A stretch of DNA of 64,000 nt, taken from contig CAZJPV010000003.1 in NCBI GenBank assembly GCA_964547985.1, positions 21,003-85,002 on the forward strand. The letters run 5' to 3'. Below are positions 57,174-64,000 of this stretch, in pieces. How positions within the stretch are numbered: position 1 is the first letter of the stretch; the number at the start of each line of letters is the position of its first letter. The notes beneath the pieces are model-generated. The model was not told where the DNA came from. It saw nothing but the letters and a program-made list of their open reading frames with translations, and ran no database searches. Both the position numbers and the translations under genes were made by a program. The stretch comes from an uncultured Syntrophaceae bacterium (GTDB lineage Bacteria; Desulfobacterota; Syntrophia; Syntrophales; UBA2192).

Positions 57174-57737
57174 TCAATTGTCATCGAGTCGATATTTATG
57201 CTCCGTCAGAAGATCGTAACTGGTCCTTAGTGACTGATGCATCTGCGCGTTTTCGAGCGCGATGGCACTCAGGTTGGCCACCGCTTCCAGGAAACGGATC
57301 TCCTGCTTGCTGAAGGGGCGGATCTCCTTCGTGTAGACCCGCATGACGCCGATCACTTTTTTCCCGAACTGGAGGGGGACCACAAAAACCGATTTGATGC
57401 CTTCTTTCCTGGCCTCCTCGGTATACTGAAAGTCCCTGTCTTTCTGTGCATCCCTGACCCAGGTCATTTTCCCCTGCAGGGCCTTGCGGTCCAGGCCGCT
57501 TTCACCGATGAGAACGGGTCCTTTCCTGATGTACTTCCTGGACAGTCCCGCGGCGGCACTCATGAGGAGTCTCTTCCTGCGCTCGTCGAGGAGCCGGATC
57601 GAGCAGGCTTTGACCTTCATCGAGTCCTGGACGCACCGCACGATCTTCTCCAGGACTCTGGCCGGATCCAGCGAGGCATTGATGACCCTCGCCACTTCGT
57701 AGAGGGCCTCGAAGTACTCGAATTCTTTTTTCTTCAT
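57174..57737 (-). CDS. GAF domain protein
   Basis: 187 aa. A stand-alone GAF-type pattern (..CSIRLLDE....L...AA.GLS..Y..........G......VPL....VIGVMRVYT). Confidence 0.82.
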   Translation of the reverse strand: MKKKEFEYFEALYEVARVINASLDPARVLEKIVRCVQDSMKVKACSIRLLDERRKRLLMSAAAGLSRKYIRKGPVLIGESGLDRKALQGKMTWVRDAQKDRDFQYTEEARKEGIKSVFVVPLQFGKKVIGVMRVYTKEIRPFSKQEIRFLEAVANLSAIALENAQMHQSLRTSYDLLTEHKYRLDDN

Positions 57738-57788
57738 GGGTCCTTCCTTTTTTCGATGGAGTTCAGACCGCCCGCGGCGGGAGAAGGC

Positions 57789-57817
57789 CCCGCCGGTCGC
57801 TAAGGGTCGGCTTTTTT
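57789..57817 (+). terminator. terminator-shaped hairpin plus T6 on the + strand, in a spacer flanked only by minus-strand genes
   Basis: Read as cCGCCGGTCGC-taa-GGGTCGGC followed by TTTTTT. About 8 pairs including G-U pairs and one bulge, folded by hand. Confidence 0.3.
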
Positions 57818-57931
57818 CTTTGCTTGAAATTACTGAGGCAGAGCAAATGCCTTTTGTTCATTATGGCACAGGCCCGTATGTAAAAGAAGTGAAAAGAGAA
57901 CGGCGTGATCTGTATCCCCGTCATGGGCGGT

Positions 57932-58427
57932 TCACGACCTTCTCCCCCCTTCCATGACGGCGGCGATGGCCAGGGCTTCGGACAGTGCAATGATCGCCCA
58001 GAAGAGGAGCTCGAGGCTGACCAGGGGGAGGGGTTCGCCGAACTGATTCAAGGGTGTGAAAAACTCCTAGAAAAGCTATGAGAGAAAGAACAGGAGTAAG
58101 GCCATCCGCCACGTCCTTGCCAAGATGCCGGCCGGCGATGCGCGGGAAAGCCAGCGGTACACGAAGGCATGACCGATGCCGAAAAGGATCAGCCCGGTGA
58201 TGATGATCGGCGGATTGGATACCACAAGAGGAAGCGGTTCAAGCCGGGTCCAGACATCGATGAGCTTCGGGTTCTGCTGTGCCGGGTCCAGGAGGATGCC
58301 GCCGCCCTCCCATTCAAACCCGAGGAGGCGGAAGGTCAGAAGCATGGCGAAGTTCATGGCCAACCCGCCGGCGACACCGGCCAGGACGGTCTTGCGGAGT
58401 GTCTGACTTTTCGCAGAACCTCCAAGG
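57932..58427 (-). pseudogene. membrane-protein gene interrupted by two in-frame TAG codons and lacking a canonical start at its apparent N-terminus
   Basis: The frame is open from just after the glgP stop: ...TLRKTVLAGVAGGLAMNFAMLLTFRLLGF...RMALLLFFLS-TAG(58078)-LF-TAG(58069)-EFFTPLNQFGEPLPLVSLELLFWAIIALSEALAIAAVMEGGRRS*. Both halves look like real TM protein sequence. Confidence 0.4.
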
Positions 58428-60557
58428 TCAGATATTTTTCAGGGCGGCCGCGTAGTAATGATCGAGGTATTCCCGCACCATCCTGCGTGCTGAAAACCTG
58501 GGGGCGTTGCTTATGATCGTCTCTTTCATCATCCCGACCCAGCCGTGAGGCACACCATCCTCTGATACCCCGTAATAGAGGGGGATGATTTCATCCTCGA
58601 GGAGATGGTAGATCGATTCGGCATCGGCCCGGTCCCTTTTCTCCGTGGGGTTTCCATCGCCGAAGGCCCAGCCATTTTTGCGGTTGTATCCTTCCATCCA
58701 CCACCCGTCGAGGATGCTCAGGCTCGGGACACCGTTCAGGGCGGCCTTCATCCCGCTCGTCCCGCAGGCCTCCAGAGGGGGTATGGGGTTGTTGAGCCAG
58801 ACATCGACGCCGTGGACCATGTACTGCGCGAACTGCTCGCCGTAGTCCTCGATAAAGGCGATGCGTCCCCCCATCGCCGGGTCACAGGCGGCGCGAAAGA
58901 TCTTCTGGATGATGAGCTTTCCCGTATCATCGGCCGGATGGGCCTTTCCGGCAAAGATGATCTGTATGGGCCTCCAACGGGTGTTGAGCATTGTCTTCAG
59001 CCGTTCCACATCCTGGAAGATGAGGTCCGCCCGCTTGTAGGTGACGAATCGCCGGGCAAAGCCGATGGTCAGTACCGAGGGATCCAGCAGGGCTCCCCCT
59101 GCCAGGATGGTTGTGGGATTGCCGTGGCGGATCGTCCATTTCTTTCGTCCCAGGTCACGGACGGCGTCGATCAGTTTGATTTTGAGCCAGTAATGCGTCT
59201 TCCATAGTTCTTCATCGGGGATATCATCGATGCGATCCCAGATGGGCAGTTCGTCATGCCTTGAAATCCAGTCCGATCCCAGATAGCGGTTGAAGAGCAG
59301 TTCCATCTTTGGCTCTATCCATGTGGGGATGTGGATGCCGTTAGTGACGTATTCGATGGGGGCTTTTTCCTCCGGTATGGAAGGCCATAGACTCTGCCAC
59401 ATCTTCCGTGCGATCTCGCCGTGCTTGAGGCTGACGGCATTGCGGTAGCGACACATTCTCAGGGCGAAGGCGGTCATGTTGAAACCTGCCTGGGGCTCTT
59501 TTGGATGAACCCCGAGCTGAAGGAACTCATCGCGGGAAAGTCCCAGGGATGGCCAGTAGGATTTGAAGTACTTCTCCATCAGATGAAAAGGGAAGACATC
59601 ATGACCGGCCGGGACAGGTGTGTGGGTTGTGAAAATGGAAGTGCTCCTGACATCCTCCACGGCTTCCTGAAAGGTCACATCCGATGAGATCCTGTTTCTG
59701 ATCCTTTCCAGGAGCGCGAATGCCGGGTGACCTTCGTTGAGATGGAGGATAGAATGCCGAATCCCAAGGGCGTCCAGGACCTCAGAGCCGCCGATACCGA
59801 GAACAATCTCCTGGCGTAAGCGCTGCTCGACATCGCCGATGTAAAGGTGTGCCAAGACCTTCCTGTTCCAGGGGTCGTTTATCTCGACGTCGGTGTCCAG
59901 GAGGTAAAGAGGAATCCGTCCCACCGAAACCTTCCAGACGGCCACGTAGATCGGTGGGTCGATCATGGGGACCCTGACCAAAACCGGATTGCCCTCATCG
60001 TCCAACACCCGTGTGATGGAAGCCTCTTCCCGGTCGAGGAATTCGTCCTTGCTTTCCTGCCAGCCATCGTCGCGTATTTCCTGGTGCACGTATCCCTCGG
60101 GGTACATGAAGCCCATGGCCACCAGAGGAACCCTCAAGTCGCTGCATTCCTTGAGGTGGTCCCCGGCGAGGAATCCCAGGCCGCCGGCATAGAAGGGGAT
60201 CGAATGATGCAGGCCGTATTCGGCGGAAAAGTAGGCCACGGTGTAGTTTTCAGGAACGGGGATCTTCTGCGCGCACCAGCAGTCCTCCTCTGCTAGTTCT
60301 TTGCGGAACTGATCCAGGAGGAAATCATATGCCTTGAGATACTCAGGGTCTGAGAGGACTCTTTTGAAAAAATCCCTCGGCACTTCCCTGAGCATCTTTG
60401 CTGGGTTATGAATGCTTTCCTTCCAGATCTGCCTGTCAATCGTTTTATAGAGCATCCTTACGGCCGGGTGCCAGCTCCACCAGAGATTGCCGGCGAGCTC
60501 TCCAAGCCCGGCCAATCTTTTCGGGATATTGGGGAATTCTGGGCGCTTTTCTTTCAC
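58428..60557 (-). CDS. glgP: alpha-glucan phosphorylase (GT35, GlgP family)
   Basis: About 709 aa from GTG 60557 (GGAGGT RBS 9 nt upstream). The track start is GTG 60593. LAGNLWWSWHP, FSAEYG..........GGLG.LAGDHLK, and the PLP-Lys region EACGTSGMKAALNG. Confidence 0.92.
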   Translation of the reverse strand: MKEKRPEFPNIPKRLAGLGELAGNLWWSWHPAVRMLYKTIDRQIWKESIHNPAKMLREVPRDFFKRVLSDPEYLKAYDFLLDQFRKELAEEDCWCAQKIPVPENYTVAYFSAEYGLHHSIPFYAGGLGFLAGDHLKECSDLRVPLVAMGFMYPEGYVHQEIRDDGWQESKDEFLDREEASITRVLDDEGNPVLVRVPMIDPPIYVAVWKVSVGRIPLYLLDTDVEINDPWNRKVLAHLYIGDVEQRLRQEIVLGIGGSEVLDALGIRHSILHLNEGHPAFALLERIRNRISSDVTFQEAVEDVRSTSIFTTHTPVPAGHDVFPFHLMEKYFKSYWPSLGLSRDEFLQLGVHPKEPQAGFNMTAFALRMCRYRNAVSLKHGEIARKMWQSLWPSIPEEKAPIEYVTNGIHIPTWIEPKMELLFNRYLGSDWISRHDELPIWDRIDDIPDEELWKTHYWLKIKLIDAVRDLGRKKWTIRHGNPTTILAGGALLDPSVLTIGFARRFVTYKRADLIFQDVERLKTMLNTRWRPIQIIFAGKAHPADDTGKLIIQKIFRAACDPAMGGRIAFIEDYGEQFAQYMVHGVDVWLNNPIPPLEACGTSGMKAALNGVPSLSILDGWWMEGYNRKNGWAFGDGNPTEKRDRADAESIYHLLEDEIIPLYYGVSEDGVPHGWVGMMKETIISNAPRFSARRMVREYLDHYYAAALKNI

Positions 60558-60940
60558 TATGGTTCTACCTCCAGAAAGGAAAGAGGTCCTCACCCGACGC
60601 GGATGATGAAAGCGTGTGTTTTGAGGAGCGATGTCCCCTTCGACGAAGGAAGGTTGATGAAATAGTGTAAGCCCAGAACTTCAGCGATGGCAAGAAGATA
60701 AAACGAAGGGCATTTTGCCTTCAAAAGACATGAGATATTGAAGACCTCAATCGGATAATGATTGAAAACGGGTGGGTCACCGAATTCACTCACGCAACCT
60801 ATCTGGGCAAGGAACTCGAAAAGGCCGAGCTTTCGATAAAACTTGGATTCAAATACGTCCAGGACGGTGCATAGAAAAGATTTCTTGCTTATCAGGGGAA
60901 ACCGGGTTGCCTCGGCCCGCTATGAGATTTTTCCATGAAA

Positions 60941-63463
60941 TCAAAATTGAACCCGCCTGTAGAAGACTCTTTTTGCAACCTCCGCAGAGATAACGTAGAG
61001 CAGTAGAACAAGCCCAATACCGATGATAAACCGGTTATCCAGGGAAACGAAGCCGAAGATGTTTCCTAGGGGGCTGAGGGGTAAAAGAATTGTTGCGACG
61101 ACGACGAGAATGGTTGTGATCAAAAGATACTTTCCGGGCCGGCTGGTGAAGAAAGGTTTACGGCTTCGAATGACCAGGACAATCATGGAGGCGGAAAGGA
61201 CGGATTCGATATACCAGCCCGTTCTAAACTCATCGACGGTGGCTTGAAGAACAAAGACGAGAAGGGCGAAGGTCAGGTAATCGAAAACGGAGCTCAGAAG
61301 CCCGAAGGTGAGCATGAATTGCTTGATGAATTGTATATCCCATCGCCGTGGCTTCTGGGTCAATTCCGCGTCCACACTGTCCGTGGCGATGGTCATTTCG
61401 GGAAAATCGGTCAGCAGATTCGTGAGCAGGATCTGCTTGGGCAGAAGGGGCAGGAATGGGAGGATCAGTGACACACCCGCCATGCTGAACATATTGCCGA
61501 AGTTTGCGCTTGTGGCCATAAAAACATACTTGAGCGTGTTGGCAAAGGTCTTTCTCCCCTCCCCGACACCCTGCAACAGGACGTTCAGGTCTTTTTCGAG
61601 AAGGACGATATCCGCAGCTTCCTTCGCCACGTCCACGGCACTGTCGACCGAGATGCCGACATCGGCTGCGTGGAGGGCAGAGGCATCGTTGATGCCGTCT
61701 CCCATGTAGCCCACAACATTTCCGGACTTTCTCAAGGCCGTGATAATGCGCTCCTTCTGGTTGGGTTCCACATCGGCAAAGACATCGAAGTCGTTGACCT
61801 GTTTTCGCAGGGCTTCGTCGCTCGTCTGCCGGAGCTCTGCGCCCGTAAGGATTTTCGATCCCGATAATCCAACTTGATCAGCGACCGTGGCCACGACGAG
61901 TGGATTATCACCGCTTAAGACCTTGAGCGAAATACCAAGTTTTTGGAGTTCACCTATGGTTTCGTGGACGCCGGGCTTGGGGGGGTCATGGAAGACAGCA
62001 AATCCCAGGAAAATCATGTCCTTTTCATAATCTTTCTTTATGACGGTTTCAGATGCCATATCTCGATAGGCAATCCCCAGCATGCGGAAACCGGCGCGGC
62101 TCGTTTCTGCGTACTGTTGATTGATATGATCACGGATGTTCGAAATACTTTTAATGGTGCCATCTGAGTCCAGGGCCTTCGAACACACCTCAAGGACATT
62201 TCTGAATGCCCCTTTGGTGATCAGGGTGTTTATACCCGTCCCCGATACGAGGATGCTCAGGCGCTTGCGGATGAAATCATAGGGGACCTCGTCAAGCTTC
62301 TGATAATCTGAAATATCCGGTGATACGGCGGCTACGATCGCTTCGTCAATGGGGTTGGTGAAGCCTGTCTGGTAAAGGGCATTCAGGTAGGCGTAGAGAA
62401 AAACCTTGTCGCTTTCGCGACCCCCGGCGTCGATGCATGAGCGAAGCCGAACAATACCCTCCGTGAGGGTCCCCGTTTTATCGCAGCAGAGAATGTTCAT
62501 GCTGCCGAAGTTTTCGATGGAGGAAAGACGTTTGACGATGACTTTTCGATCGGCCATCTTCCGGGCGCCGTGCGCGAGGTTGATGCTGATGATGGCCGGC
62601 AGGAGCTGTGGTGTGAGCCCCACGGCAAGAGCCAGGGCAAAGAGAAATGATTCCATGACAGGCCGATGAAGGTAGACGTTTATGGCGAAGATGGCGATCA
62701 CAAGCAAAAGCGTCACTTCCATGAGGAAGTAACCAAAGTGCCTGACACCATGTTCAAACTCCGTTTCAGGGGGCCTGAGTTTAAGACTCTCGGCGATCTT
62801 GCCGAATTCCGTCTCTTTTCCGGTTTTTACCATCAAGGCCTGAGCTGTGCCGCTGATCACATGGGTTCCCATAAAGAGGGTGTTTACCCTCTGGCTGAGC
62901 GGTGTATCGGAGGAAAGAATCTTTACGTCCTTTTCCACCGGGTAGGTTTCGCCTGTGAGCGTCGCTTCATCCACGAAAAGATCCTTCGATTCGAGAATCA
63001 GGCTATCTCCCGGAATGACATCTCCCGCATTCAGTATAACGATGTCGCCGGGGACCAGTTCTTCAATGGGAACATCCGCCGGCTGGCCGTCCCTCAAGGC
63101 CTTGGATTGGATCCGGACCATGGCGAGCAACTTTTCGACGGCGTGAACAGCGGTCCTTTCCTGCCAAAAACCTAAGAGTCCACTGACCACGACGATTGCC
63201 AATATGATCAGGGTATCCACGGGATCATGAAGGAAAAAAGATAAAAGCGCAGCGAAAATAAGGATGAGGATAATCGGGCTTTTGAACTGGGCAAGAAATA
63301 GCGTCAGGTCGTCGGTACGTTTTTTCGGTGATATCCGGTTCGGACCGAAATGGATCAGGCGCTCCTTGGCTGTCTGGGACGAAAGTCCGTGGCGGGTCGC
63401 TCCAAGACGATCAAGGAGTGCCTCGGGGGGAATGCTCCAGAAATTTAGGGAATTTTTATCCAT
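60941..63463 (-). CDS. mgtA: magnesium-translocating P-type ATPase (MgtA type)
   Basis: 840 aa. TGE, DKTGTLT, MLGDGINDA-like (YMGDGINDASAL) motifs and 10 TM segments. The N-terminal GLSSQTAKERLIHFGPN is typical of MgtA/B. Confidence 0.93.
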   Translation of the reverse strand: MDKNSLNFWSIPPEALLDRLGATRHGLSSQTAKERLIHFGPNRISPKKRTDDLTLFLAQFKSPIILILIFAALLSFFLHDPVDTLIILAIVVVSGLLGFWQERTAVHAVEKLLAMVRIQSKALRDGQPADVPIEELVPGDIVILNAGDVIPGDSLILESKDLFVDEATLTGETYPVEKDVKILSSDTPLSQRVNTLFMGTHVISGTAQALMVKTGKETEFGKIAESLKLRPPETEFEHGVRHFGYFLMEVTLLLVIAIFAINVYLHRPVMESFLFALALAVGLTPQLLPAIISINLAHGARKMADRKVIVKRLSSIENFGSMNILCCDKTGTLTEGIVRLRSCIDAGGRESDKVFLYAYLNALYQTGFTNPIDEAIVAAVSPDISDYQKLDEVPYDFIRKRLSILVSGTGINTLITKGAFRNVLEVCSKALDSDGTIKSISNIRDHINQQYAETSRAGFRMLGIAYRDMASETVIKKDYEKDMIFLGFAVFHDPPKPGVHETIGELQKLGISLKVLSGDNPLVVATVADQVGLSGSKILTGAELRQTSDEALRKQVNDFDVFADVEPNQKERIITALRKSGNVVGYMGDGINDASALHAADVGISVDSAVDVAKEAADIVLLEKDLNVLLQGVGEGRKTFANTLKYVFMATSANFGNMFSMAGVSLILPFLPLLPKQILLTNLLTDFPEMTIATDSVDAELTQKPRRWDIQFIKQFMLTFGLLSSVFDYLTFALLVFVLQATVDEFRTGWYIESVLSASMIVLVIRSRKPFFTSRPGKYLLITTILVVVATILLPLSPLGNIFGFVSLDNRFIIGIGLVLLLYVISAEVAKRVFYRRVQF

Positions 63464-63540
63464 ATCGACATACGGTCTTCAGGGCAAGAGGATGGCGGGC
63501 AGGGTTTTTCCACGCAAACAATTTAAAATACCCTGTATCC

Positions 63541-64000
63541 TCATTTCCCGATATCTTTTGCAGCCCCGTAAATATCAGATACCATCTGTCTGGATAACTG
63601 TTCCATGGCCCGCCCCATTCCCCGGGCGAAGGAGCCCGGCGACGCGGCCTCAAGCGGCTCGAGGGCGCGATATCCCTTCTGAAAGACCACGGCCTTGGCG
63701 GAATCCCGCTGTGACCGATCCAGGAGCGTAATATCGAGGGCGAGGCATGCCTTTCGGCTTCCTTTTTCCTCGATTTCCAGAAATTCCTCGACGCGGCCCT
63801 GCAGGGCAAACCGCGCATCGGCCTCATCGTATTCAGAAAAGACGGCCTTGAACAGACCGCCTCTTTTGAGATCGCGCAGTATCAGGTCGGTGACGATGTC
63901 CGGAGGGGTTGCCTTCCAGCGATGATAGGCATAGGCGTTGAGCACGGATGGGCCGGACCGGTAGAGCATGGCCGTCGAGTTAAAAGCCTGGGCTGCGGAG
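63541..64000 (-). CDS. ABC-type transport auxiliary lipoprotein component (DUF330, PqiC/YmbA-like), C-terminal part; gene continues beyond the right edge
   Basis: The reading frame is open to base 64000 (..AAQAFNSTAMLYRSGPSVLNAYAYHRWKATPPDIVTDLILRDL...). The Y.YHRW...P pattern is characteristic. Confidence 0.65.
   Translation of the reverse strand, partial: SAAQAFNSTAMLYRSGPSVLNAYAYHRWKATPPDIVTDLILRDLKRGGLFKAVFSEYDEADARFALQGRVEEFLEIEEKGSRKACLALDITLLDRSQRDSAKAVVFQKGYRALEPLEAASPGSFARGMGRAMEQLSRQMVSDIYGAAKDIGK

Noticed and set aside
58067-58078. Two in-frame TAGs read as pyrrolysine codons.
   Set aside because: A hydrophobic TM context is implausible for Pyl. No methylamine methyltransferase or pyl genes are in view, and pseudogenisation also explains the missing start.
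60758-60874. 38-aa + strand ORF (IENGWV...) as a HicA-like toxin remnant, possibly extended through an upstream in-frame TGA at 60731.
   Set aside because: There is no start codon upstream of the TGA in frame. The resemblance to HicA is limited to a few residues.
63464-63540. Mg2+ (M-box) riboswitch or mgtL-type leader upstream of mgtA.
   Set aside because: The spacer is only 77 nt, which is too short for an M-box (about 160 nt). It contains just one CAGGGT...ACCCTG hairpin.

Overview
This window looks like the replication-origin neighbourhood of a moderately GC-rich, Fe-S- and ferredoxin-rich anaerobe. A deltaproteobacterial or Syntrophales-like lineage is my guess only. The core is a co-directional block on the + strand: rsmG-parA-parB-dnaA-dnaN-gyrB-gyrA-archease-rtcB. 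The dnaA-dnaN spacer is AT-rich and carries DnaA boxes, so it is the candidate oriC. The remaining ~50 kb is densely packed and mostly on the minus strand. It holds housekeeping, repair and redox genes: mutY, ybaK, trxC, a NUDIX protein, two photolyase-family genes, ybgA, LdtD plus DUF882, tspO, hisF, a 2-oxoacid:ferredoxin oxidoreductase, three DUF362 paralogs, a NapH-like polyferredoxin, a DksA-like protein, HU, nrdJ, gap, glgP and mgtA. I saw no rRNA, tRNA, CRISPR array, transposase or integrase. The ORF track misses several things. (1) Two well-supported ORFs are each split by a single in-frame TGA at the redox or metal-binding Cys position. One is a glutaredoxin-like protein (13979-14185, minus). 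The other is a signal-peptide-bearing MerP/HMA-like protein (43207-43518, minus). Both are candidate selenoproteins. A weaker third case is a translationally coupled mini-ORF (17265-17393). (2) At least five intergenic spacers carry short degenerate tandem repeats with a 7-nt period. Two of them are G-quadruplex-type G3 tracts. (3) A membrane-protein gene is interrupted by two in-frame TAG codons. (4) A VUT/YhhQ-like gene appears truncated. (5) Two terminator-shaped hairpins have no matching gene. All functional names come from motifs I recognised by eye, and no database search was run.
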